Assembly (NCBI GenBank): GCA_043228905.1
Contig: JBHGNT010000004.1
Location: 3,472,001 to 3,536,000 of the forward strand
Length of the DNA: 64,000 nt
Reading direction: 5' to 3'
DNA from: Azolla caroliniana
Taxonomy: Eukaryota > Plantae > Polypodiophyta
The notes beneath the pieces are model-generated. The model had not been told where the DNA came from and did not search any database. It was given only the letters and a program-made list of their open reading frames with translations. The translations under genes and the position numbers were made by a program. Shown in pieces: positions 1-11,140 of this stretch. The number at the start of each line of letters is the position of its first letter. Position 1 is the stretch's first letter.

Positions 1-923
1 CTCAAGGTGTGAGTCATGGGCTTGTGGCGTTGTTGTGAAGCAATTGTGTCATGATATAAAAACAAACTCATATATTATATCAAGTAAAATTTGTGACCCT
101 TGAACTTATAACCTACAAAGTACAAATGCCATTAGAATAAGCTATTTTGTATAATTATATTCTCATAATCATACTTATGTCTTATGTATATTTTTATACA
201 TGAAAACTTAGATGAGCAGGATGCCTATCATGCATCATATGTAACGCACATGCACCGAATGGCAATCATGCATCCTCACATACATTATATGCATGTGAGT
301 ACCTATAAAAAGAAAGGGAAGGGATGCATGTAGGGGGCAATCGATTGATCATATAAGAAAACACATACAATTAATCGATCAAATAAGTTAATTCATCTCC
401 AAAGTGTCTCTCATCTTTCAAAATTGAAGTCAAAGGTCTAATAGCTCCAAATTCTTCACCAAATAATCATTCACAAAGTCAAGCAACATGGTCACGTGAG
501 TTCGAGTCCAATTGGAGATCCACCCTAATCACAAAAAAAATTATCTAGTGGTGTAATAGTTGGGGCTTTGTCTTTGAATTTAATAAACGGGTTAAGGCTT
601 AACTCATTTGGGTCAAACCAATTTGTGATACTCGTAGGTGTATCTAAGAAACCGGTTTGTGGTGCTCGTAGGTTGCAGCTTAGGATTCAACAGAAAGAGA
701 AAAACGACGTGATCAGGCTAAGGATGTGTGCTTGATAGGAGTCAATAGGAAACAAAGAAAGAGGTGCTCGACCTCAAAAAAAAAAGAGGTGCTTGCTAGA
801 AGGAGTGCTCGAACTCAATGGAGATGTTATTAGCCCTCACTCACGCTTAGTTTCTTTTTTTTGTGGGGGCTCTTATGCTCTACAACAATGTGCACTAGCA
901 TAAGAATTTGCTTCTTTTGCAAG

Positions 924-3900
924 TGTTGGAGTCTGAGATCGTTAGTGCAAAAACAAGAACAACATCTATGCTTAGAAAATCACCAAGTTAGCATGGTAGA
1001 GAAAGATCAAGGAGACAAAGTGAGAGTGAGAGAAGAAACAAAAATAACACACAATATGTAACTGTATTATTTGAACTCAGAGTTACAATAGAATGGAAAC
1101 AACAACCTTAACACTAGGTTACAAGAGTCAGTTTAAATACTAACTAACTTAGGGCAACTACCCTTTCCACTATTTACAAAAATAGCTTAAACCTAGTGTG
1201 TCCAATGGGACAATGTGAATACGGTCATTATATACCCGTATTCGACACTCCCCTGTAATGGGCGTATACACTATGGAGAAACCTATAATATAAATCAAGA
1301 TGTACAAGTTATGTCAAGAGAAGTTTGAGTTGATCGGCCTGTAGCCGAATCAATGACGACCGAGAGGAAACAAAGGCCGAATCGGTTGGTTTGAGTGTCA
1401 AGGCCAAGTGCTCGAAGCTATCTCTGTTCTCTAACTCAATTGGACTGAACACTCCTTAAGCCCATTTGCTGCTGAAGTGACTGAAATCGGTCAGCTGCGA
1501 GACACTTGGTCATCCCGTTTGATATGTTGTCGGTCGTGGAGATCTTCTCGAGGTCGAGCTTCCCTGAGGTTACACAGTCTTGAACAAAGTGATACCAAAC
1601 TTCGATATGCTTGGAGGTGTTGTGATGAACTAGCTTTTTCATAGAGCAACAACATCCTGACTGTCATTGTAGAAAGCTTGAGCCAAATTGGGTTCAGCTT
1701 GTCGAAATGTACACGCCAATTGACCGAGACATAGACCCTCTTTTCTCGCGTCAGACGCGGCTACGTATTCAACCTCGGTCGCTGAAGTGGCTGTGCACTC
1801 CTGAAGTTTCGATTTCCATGAAATTGCTCCATTTCCGAATTTGAAGCAGTATTCGGTTGTTGACTTTTGATTATCCACACAGTCGACAAAGTTTGAGTCA
1901 GTGTAACCGACTACGCTTGGGTTCTTGTTCGGACTGAAAAGGATGCCAAGATCTTGTATGCCCACCAGGTATCTGAATACATGCTTGACTGCATTCCAAT
2001 GCGATCGACCTAGATTGTGCATGAATATGTTGACGACTCCTACGACAGAGCAATGTCAGGTCATGTCGCGACCATCGCGTACATCAAGGAGCCAACTGTC
2101 GGTGCATACAATACCAACTTCATATCTTCCCCCTCCAAACCGGAGTAGGAATCGAATGGTGGTCATGTTCACCACTGGTGAAAAATTCTTATTGAAGTCA
2201 ACACCATATTGATGTTGGAAACCCTTCGTGACTAATCTGGCCTTATACTTGGGACAAGCAGAATCCGACGTCTCTTTGAGTCGATAGACCCATTTGCACA
2301 GAAGAGCACGTCGGTTGTTCGGTAGTTCGACTAAGTCCCATGTGTTATTGTGCAGGATGGAGTTAATCTCCGACTCCATCGCTAAGTGCCAGGTGGCTGA
2401 ATCGGTGCACGCTGATGCTTCTTCGTATGACATGGGCTTGTAGGCGTCCGTGAAGAAGATTCTGGGAGAGTATCTCTTTAGTGGCCGAGACAGTTGTTCT
2501 GACCGTCTAGGGACGTCTAGGCTAGCCGTATCATCGTTGATGATCATCTCTTGGGTAGCTGATCCACAATGTGGATCGCTACGTAGGCTGCTCATTACGT
2601 CAGCTGGTCCTGTGGAGGCGGTGTGTCATGTTGCCACTCTAGTGTGAAGTAATGGGCCGTCAAGAGGAGGCAAGGCATTTGAAAAAGTGACTCCTTTGAC
2701 TTCAATTGGCTTTTCCGCTAGTTTGTGCATCTCCGACTCGTTGAAAACGACGTTTGAAGTTCAGACGATTTGTTTGTTTTCTGGATCCTAGAGTCAGTAG
2801 CCAAATTCACCTTCTGATCCATAGCCAAAGAAAATACATTTTCGGGATCGTGGCTCAAGTTTCCGGTGATCATCCTTATGCACAAGTGCGAATGCGTCGC
2901 GGCCAAAATCGGCAGTTTCTCATAACTCGGCCTCTAGCTAGTCCAAAGCTCTTGCGGGATTTGAAGTCCTATAGGCCTACTCGGCGACATGTTAATTACG
3001 TGCACTGTAATGAGTAGTGCCCTAGCCCAGAAACCATTTGATAGTCTGGTGTCGTGGGGAATTTTGGCCACAAGGAGAAATCTCGCCGGCTGTGTAGGGA
3101 CGAGGGTGTGCAAATAGGCACAAGAATGTCTTTGTATAAAACCAATGTGAATAGGTATAGTATTAATAAGTACAAGGTAGAATGTAGTTATGTACTTAAT
3201 GTCCCACAAAAAGAGGAGAATAAAGCTTGTGATGGGAGAGAATCAAGGGAAGGATCATTGACAGAAAACGATTGTCATAAAGGATGATGTAACCGGCCCT
3301 CCTTGACATATAAAAGGAGGGAAAGAAGACCGTTTGAGGGGGATCATGAGTGGGGAAGGTGATGTCGGTCTGCGGAGTCGGAGAGTTTGGTTTCTTGTTC
3401 TGTCATTTTTTGGCGTGGTAGCGTGAGGCCTCTATTCGCATAGGAAGCCTGTTCGCTCCCGATCAAAGGTTCACTAGTATCTGCGTGGGTGCATGAAGAG
3501 CTTGAAGATCCATTACCGGCCAAGTCCGATTGTATTCCACTTTGAGTATTGATTAATCTATTACCCTTGTAGTATCTTAGGAAACAGGTCCCTCCGGATG
3601 GGAAGTGAGAAGAACAGTGTTGATGAGCAACTCGGCCGAGGCCGAATCCGGATGAGGAGAGGCCGAATCCGGATGAGGAGCATAGCTTAGGAAACCGTAT
3701 TCCTATCATAGTATACGTGATTCTCTCTGTGTCTCCTTGCATTGTTCTCTCTATTTGGGTCTGCATTGTCATCTCCGCTTCCATCTATTCTGTGTGATTA
3801 CCTGAGTCTCCGAGCCCGTGTGCTTATTATCTGGAACTTAGCGATAGGGCCGGATCGGATTACATTCGTGGGCCCGAGCGCTTGTGAAGATATCAAGCAA

Positions 3901-6294
3901 ACGATTGGATAATCCTTGCACTCTGACTTTGGCTCTCTCTCTCACCAGCTCCTTGGTTCAAGGCCCTGATGGTCCCGTCCTGATCTAAGACGTACCCACG
4001 GAATTCCGCGACACCAGCGTGTTGTATCATGGCGACAATTTGTTCCTAAATTGTCCGATTCATGCATTTTGCAACGTTGTTTTGTTACGGACTATACGGA
4101 GTTGTTAATACTCATCTGATGCCACATCGGCAATATCTAACGAATTCGTTTGATTGGAATTGTCTACCATTATCCGATCTTAAGCATTTAGCATTCGGCC
4201 TGATTGGTTTTCAACCATTGCAAGCCACTCTTGGAAGACCGTGAACACTCGATCTTTGGTTTTGATCGGATACACCCACACTTTTCTTCTCGAGTCGTCA
4301 ATAAACGTGACGAAGTAGGAGGAGTTGTCGAGAGAGTGATGTGGCATTGGACCACAGACGTTCGAATGGACCAAGTCGAGGGGCGACACTCTCGGCTCTC
4401 TAGTCGAGTGTGAAGCAACACTTTGTTTGCTGTATTGGTAGTGCTCACAGAACTGGTGGTCGGAGAATGAAAGCTTGGGGATGTATCCGTAGATAAGGGC
4501 GTTATGCCAGCCTTGCTCAATTGTCTGAGTCATCCATGCCATCGTGACGACACAGGAATATCTACCAAGAATAAGTCACCCTCTTTGAGAGTGACATATA
4601 GTGGGTACAGTGAGTGTAACTTTGGTCCTCTAGCAAGTAGGAGATTCCCCCTGTGGAGTGTCCGCCCTCCTGACGAGAAGCCAACACGAATGCTGTCTTC
4701 GTCCAATTGTCTGACTGAGATCAGAGGTCTTGAGAGCTCAGGTACATGTCGAACATTGTGTAATACTAGTGTAGAGCCACTCGAAAGGTTAAGCTCTACA
4801 ATGCCGATGCTAATTATAGCGTAGTGTTGCGAATTTCCAACTCGAATTGAGTCGGAATGCGGGGTTTAATATTGCCAAAATTGGGATCTATGAGGAGTCA
4901 CATGATAGGATGCACTAGAATCTAAGAGCCATATGCTCGATTCTTCAGTCATAAGTAGAATTTCTGATTCGACTGAATTTTCAATGGATAGTATATTGGG
5001 GTTGTCTGTCAATACTTCGATTGATGAGCCGACGTAGTTGACCTCCTCATGCCGGCCACTTTTCTGATAAGCTCGCTGAGTTTTATCGTTTATGGCTTTG
5101 AGTGTGCAGCAATCGGCCTTGATATGTCCAGGTTTCTTATAGTAATTGCATATTCGATTATCCCAAGACTTGCTCCGGCTTCGCGCATTATTCGGTGGTT
5201 GGGAATAACTTCTTCCTCGACTATTCAGTTGGTCTGCCGAACTTTGTACTACATAGGCGTCACTAGTCGAATCATTTGCAAACGATTTTCTCCGAGCAGC
5301 TTCCGTCAAAATTGACCTCGTGACTTCAGAGTATTTAACGGCGGTAGTAGGCGCATTGCACACAGTTGTGACGAGAGTTTCCCACAAGGGGGGGAGACTC
5401 CTCATTAAAAGCATAACTTTTAATTCATCCTCTATCGTTGTCCCTAGGTCGAGATCTGGGAGCTTAGACTTTCATACTGCTCCTTCCAGAAGTTGAAGTT
5501 TGACCGGTCGAACTTCCTAAGGCTCATCTCTGATGAGCTAGATGTTGATGCCATTTTTCCAGGCCTAACCTACTTCAAGTGACCACGACGATGAGAGGGA
5601 CAAATTTAACTGGTCTTCTTGAGCGTCATCTAGTTGACTGAAACACAGATGAGGTTGTTCCTAGGACTGAATATGTTTTGAGTAGTTACAACAAGCAGGT
5701 GTGCAACGCAGGATGGCTTGATCGATTGCTGTCTAACATCATGAAGCATGACTTACACTCAAATCGATGGAGAAACCTCACTTCGAGTGGCTACAATCAC
5801 AAGGGAGTGATTTGGCTTAGTGAAGTGTGGGTTTGCGGGTATCTTCTCTCTTCTCTTCTCTTCTCTTGATGGTTGTTGAAGTTAGGGTCTTGAATAGTCG
5901 GAGCAAGAATATTCTTGAAGATAGATGAAGACCGACAATGAGTTGAAGAACCTCAAGCTCTGATACCAAATGTTGGAGTCTGAGACCGTCAATGTAGAAG
6001 CAAGAACAACATCTATGCTTAGAAGATCACCAAGTTATCATGGTAGAGCAAGATCAAGGAGACAAAGTGAGAGTGAGAGAAGAAACGAAAATAGCACACA
6101 ATATGTAATTGTATTATTCGAACTCAGAGTTACAATAGACTAGAGACAACAACCTTAACACTAGGTTACAAGAGTCAGTTTAAATACTAACTAACCTAGG
6201 GCAACTGCCCTTTCCACTATTTACAGAAAAAGCCTAAACCTAGTGTGTCCAATGGGACAATGTGAATACGGCCATTATACACCCGTATTCGATA
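924..6294 (-). mobile_element. Ty1/Copia LTR retrotransposon, full-length but decayed (element Copia-1)
   Basis: 324-bp LTRs at 924-1247 and 5971-6294 (TGTTGGAGTCTGAG...TTCGACA/GATA). 5-bp TSD GCAAG at 919-923 and 6295-6299. Met-i PBS (revcomp TGGTATCAGAGC) at 5957-5968 and PPT at 1248-1254. Minus-strand fragments in Copia order: gag zinc knuckle and protease WLLDSSAS (4866-5414), integrase (4180-4542), RT start (2056-2595), RNase H (1436-2022). Most of the RT core is deleted near 2100. Confidence 0.95.
3050..4013. mobile_element. Solo LTR of another family inserted into the Copia-1 integrase
   Basis: TG...CA ends with inverted termini TGTCGTGG..AATT / AATTCCGCGACA and an internal TATA-like CATATAAAAGG. 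It interrupts the integrase motif MIQHAG|LSNGFWA. The flanks CTGG and CCAG fit a deaminated 4-bp CCGG TSD. Confidence 0.75.
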
Positions 6295-6299
6295 GCAAG

Positions 6300-6962
6300 G
6301 TCAAGTGGGAAATAGTATTTCTTATGACTCTGACAATGATTCAACACTGATGAGCCTTCGAGACATCCATCTTCTCTAGTTCAAGTCCACAGTGGTCCCA
6401 CTCAAGTAGGACATGTACGCGCGTAACTTTGCGACATCGCAAATGATGGATAAATTTGGGTCTTAGATTCGGATTCACAAAAGGTTAATCATTTTTGGAG
6501 GATTTGGATTACGGAAACAAGACTAACATTTCGATTAACTTGGGATCTTGGAGAATTGTATTGGAAAGTGTAGGTTCAAGCTTAGATAAAACATGTCATT
6601 TTTTTCCAGCTTTTTGTGAAGATTGGTAGGAAAATATTTGATGCTAAATCACGGAAAGAATTGACTGCAAATGTTTTATGGAGATGGAATAGACTCTCTC
6701 CACAACATCTCAAGCAATTTTGGAAATAGTCAAGTGGGGCATAAAAATGAGTAGGAAAATTGTATGTTTTCGATGGTTATGGTTCATAGAGCTATACCAA
6801 TTAATGGTTGACAAATAGGGGTCAATGCAGACAATAGTGTTCTTTTTGTACAAATGTAGTGGAGACTGCTAAGAATTGTTTGTGGAGTTGTGACTCTACG
6901 ATGGAAATTTGGAAAATAATTGCAACATTGTTGATACCAGTATCCCCTAGAGTGGTGTATAT
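6300..6962 (+). mobile_element. Old L1-type LINE 3' region (zf-RVT), split by Copia-2 and continuing at about 14289-14780
   Basis: Degenerate translation SRKIVCFRWL..HRAIP...CSFCTNVVETAKNCLWSCDSTMEIW resembles the LINE zinc-finger region. The sequence joins across the TATAT TSD, and a homologous minus-strand piece lies at about 42040-42560. Confidence 0.55.
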
Positions 6963-9030
6963 TGTTGGAGGGTGGCAACTCCAGAACTCACTCTCTTTCA
7001 TCTTTATTATCTCTCTTTTACATTCTCTCTCTTCCTAGATTCTTCTCTCTCTAGAATCTGCAATGCTTTGAATGCCTTCTCTCTCTTCCACTTTTTCAAA
7101 GATAACCCCTCTTATTCACAGTTTTATTGTACTTGTTTGGTAGTACAAGAGTCACTTAACTACCAAACAACCATTTCACCCACTTTCCCTAGTTTTGTAT
7201 AAATAGGCTATACCAGCCTCTTTTGTAAAGACTTTATTTTTACTGCTACTTGAAAACAAGCTTTACTCTTTGGTTGTGTCTCTACTCTTTGAAACCATTT
7301 TTGCTACTATTGTCTAATAGCCTTCTCACAGCTTGGGTATGTCTACTTTGTTCTAACAATTGTTCCACTGCTGCTATCAACAACTTTTCTCACATGGTAT
7401 CAGAGCAGTGAGGTCTCCATATCCTTAACCTAATTTGTTTTGCCAAACAGCACACAGACCTATCTTCTTTTATCCCTCCCTCCCTCCCTCCCAACGTACA
7501 GAGGAGGTTCTTTTTTTTTCTTTTCCTCTCATCTGAGCCTTGCCTAACATCTAGGGAGGAGTAGAAAGACACTGAGCATATACTTACAATTGCTACAAAT
7601 TGTCTAGTTGTATCTCAAGAGGAGAATATCAACAACCTCACATGCCACCATTGTTTCATCAACCATTCCCCAACTCCCCAAAGAGTCCATCTTGGATGGG
7701 AACAATTACTTGGATTGGGAACTGCAAATAAAGACCTTGCTACAATACCATCGTCTATGGAATGTAGTCAATGCTGGTGACAAGAAACCATCAGTAATTT
7801 CATCCTCTTCAACCAAATTAGTTGATGGCTCATTTGAAGTTGAGAGTGAAGCTTGGCTAGATAAGGATTCTCATGTTCATGCTATCCTCATGTTTAATAT
7901 TAAACCAAGCATTGCTCATCAATTTCAAGATACAGCTCAGAGACAACTAATGAACTATGGGTAGCCATCAAAACCAGGTATCATCGAGCTAATCATGCTC
8001 AAATTATAGCTATTGTGAGACAACTAGAAAATCTCAAGATTCATGACACCTCCAACATCATGGATCAAATAACACAATTTGTTACTCTGCAAAAGGAACT
8101 AGTTTCTTTGGGAAGCAAGTCAACGGAAGTTGAGTTTATGCATCATCTAATGATCAAGTTGCTTGAGTCATTCTCAGCCTTTTGTGACACAATTTCTCTT
8201 CTTCCCAACACACCTGATATGAATACATTTCTTGGCATGCTACAAGACAGGGTAACAAGGAAGAAAAGTGCTCAAACTTCCAATGAGACGCTTCTACACG
8301 CGAAAAGTAAAGGCAAGTGGAAGCAAAATGGCAACTCCTACAACAAACCCAATCCAAGACCACCAAACAACCCAACCTACAAGGAGCTCACCGGTAATTA
8401 TTGTGGCTACACAGGTCACATTCAGGCTGACTGTCGGAAAAAGAAAAGGGACAATGCCAAGAAATTTTCTTCTATCGAAAGTCAACTTACACAAAAATCA
8501 AACTCGGTCCACTCAACCAAAGAAACGGTTTCCCTTGGCATTTAGTAACATTCTTCACATTTGGTTGGAACAACTACCTCAACCATTGATGAGTGGTTAG
8601 TAGATAGTGGTGCCACTGCACACATGACTTATGACAAATCCATTTTGCATGATGTGAAGCCTAGCTCCACCCAAATCTCCATAGGAGATGCCTCAAGCAT
8701 TGAGGCTTTGTGTGTGGGTAATGTGTTTCTTAACACTTCTTGAAATGACAAACTTGTAGTTCTTCAAGATGTGCTACATGTGCCTTGCATCTCTGCCAAC
8801 CTACTTTCGTTCTACTGATTCACTAAGCAAGGTTATGGAGTCTACTTTGATAGCTCAGTTTTGGAAGTCATTGACACCAACCACCTACAAATTGTAGCTA
8901 GTGGCACACAAGAAGGGGGTTTATATCGCCTGAAAAGTTCCCTTAGCCCCTTGGAAAAATCCAAATCTCATCTTCTTCAAGGCTCTCATGCCTTGGTGGC
9001 ACAAGAAGATCCCATGTTGTGGCATGCTAG

Positions 9031-11140
9031 TGTCAAGATTCGAACTCTTGACATAACCATGTTGTAATCGAGTGTTATGTGTTAACCACACATCTAGCAT
9101 ATAATCATGTATATACTTCCTCATTGTGGGTTTTAGCTAGCATCATGTGCATAATTTCTCCCTTGTATTATTAACACTTGGCACATGCATGCGTACCTAC
9201 TGCCTACATGCTCTATTGTATCACATGCGTGCAACAGGTATGCATGCCACTTAGTATAAATAGTTGAGTTCACCTTGAAGGAATTCAAGGTGAACAACGC
9301 CAGTCATGGACATATCAATCTAGTATTCTCACTTCGCCCATCTTCTCTCCTTAATCTTCACCTCTATCTTTATGCTCTTGTGTCATTCCGTCATCGCTCC
9401 GTCGTAGCCTCATCATCCGTGCTCTGTCTTAGTCCGCGCTTGGTGTGTCCATGACAGTTTGTTCACCTTCCAACTAGAAGCATCACCCGTCTCCGTCATC
9501 ACCTTTGCTTCTAGAGTTACCATCATCAACATCGCTTCATTTCCTATCTTCCTCGTCGTTTCTATCTCCTAGTTTCTTCTCATAATTTTCATTGGCTTTT
9601 AGTTCTCCTCATCATTGTCTCTATTTTTTAGTTTCTTTCCCGTTCGTGTTTGTGTTCTAGTTCCTGGTGAGGGCCGCACAAGGCCGCTCACTCCCATTGG
9701 TGTTCATGTTCTAGTTCCCCGTGAGGGCCGCATGGTCGCTCACGCCCGTTCGTGTTCGAGTTCCCGGTGAGGGTTGCATGGTCGCTCACGCACGTTCGTG
9801 TTCGAGTTCCTGGTGAGGGCCGCATGGTCACTCATGCCCGTTCGTGTTCGAGTTCCTGGTGAGGGCCGCATGGTCGCTCACGCACGTTCGTGTTCGAGTT
9901 CCCGATGAGGGCCGCATGGTCGCTCACACCCATTCGTGCTCTTGTGCCTGGTGAGGGCCGCATGGTCGCTCACTCCCGTTCGTGTTCTAGTCTCCGGTGA
10001 GGATCGCACATGGTTGCTCACTCCAGTTATTTTTCATGTTCCACATCCCGGTGAGGACCGACATGGTCGCTCATGCCCATTGCGGCTCATGTTCCAGTTC
10101 TTAGTGAGGACCACACATGTTCGCTCACGCCCGTTGGTGTTCATGTTCCAACTCTCGGCGAGGACCAACATGGTCTCTCATGCCCGTTGGTGTTCGTGTT
10201 CCAGTCTCCAGTGAGGACCACACATGGTCACTCACTCCAACTATTGTTTGTGTTCCAGATCCTAGTGAGGACCGACATGGTTCCTCATGCCCTTTGTTGT
10301 TCATGTTCTAGTTCCTAGTGAGGACCACACATGGTCGATTACTCCCGTTCTTGTTTCTGTTCCCGGTGAGGGCCACATGGTTGCTCACGCCCGTTGGTGT
10401 TCGTGTTCCAACTCTCAGCGAGGACCGTTCCAGTTCCTGGCAAGGGCCCCGCATTGTTACTCATGCCCCTTGGTGTTCATGCTCCCCGTGAGGACCGCAC
10501 ATGGTCGCTCACACCCGTTGATATTTGTGTTCCAGTTCTAGGTGAGGATCACAAATGGTCGCTCATGCCCGTTGGTGTTAAATACCTCGTCTTGTGGAAG
10601 GGTTACTCCTTGTCTAGGGTTTACAAAATACTTTGGAGGTGATCTAAGATTTTCATCAACAATATCCCCTTAAGCCAACAAACGATTTGGGAAGGCATCG
10701 TTGGGGGGGGATAATGTCAAGATTCGAACTCTTGACATAACCATGTTGTAATCGAGTGTTATGTGTTAACCACACATCTAGCATATAATCATGTATATAC
10801 TTCCTCATTGTGGGTTTTAGCTAGCATCATGTGCATAATTTCTCCCTTGTATTATTAACACTTGGCACATGCATGCGTACCTACTGCCTACATGCTCTAT
10901 TGTATCACATGCGTGCAACAGGTATGCATGCCACTTAGTATAAATAGTTGAGTTCACCTTGAAGGAATTCAAGGTGAACAACGCTAGTCATGGACATATC
11001 AATCTAGTATTCTCACTTCACCCATCTTCTCTCCTTAATCTTCACCTCTATCTTTATGCTCTTGTGTCATTCCGTCATCGCTCCGTCGTAGCCTCATCAT
11101 CCGTGCTCTGTCTTAGTCCGCGCTTGGTGTGTCCGTGACA
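9031..11140 (+). mobile_element. Non-autonomous LTR retroelement (TRIM/LARD-like) nested in Copia-2
   Basis: 426-bp LTRs at 9031-9456 and 10715-11140 with about 3 transition differences by eye. TSD GCTAG at 9026-9030 and 11141-11145, splitting the host motif LWHA|RLGH. PPT GGGGGGGGATAA at 10703-10714. The 1.26-kb interior is non-coding and has no tRNA-type PBS. Confidence 0.93.
9660..10580 (+). repeat. Tandem array of about 19 hairpin-forming 46-54 bp units
   Basis: Core GTGAG-G(G/A)CC-(GC/ACAC)AT-GGTC-G-CTCAC starts at about 9667, 9721, 9767, 9813, 9859, 9905, 9951, 9997, 10051, 10104, 10158, 10211, 10265, 10318, 10366, 10418, 10440, 10488 and 10542. The period is 46 bp at first, then 53-54 bp. 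Confidence 0.9.

Noticed and set aside
92-496. Possible LTR (TGTGACC...GGTCACG with a TATA box)
   Set aside because: No TSD, PBS or partner LTR is visible, so support is insufficient.
3344-3784. 146-aa ORF inside the solo LTR
   Set aside because: No recognisable domain, and it contains a short internal repeat typical of LTR sequence.
9660-10580. CRISPR-like appearance (palindromic repeats at regular spacing)
   Set aside because: The linkers are homologous to one another rather than unique spacers, there are no cas genes, and the context is a eukaryotic LTR element.
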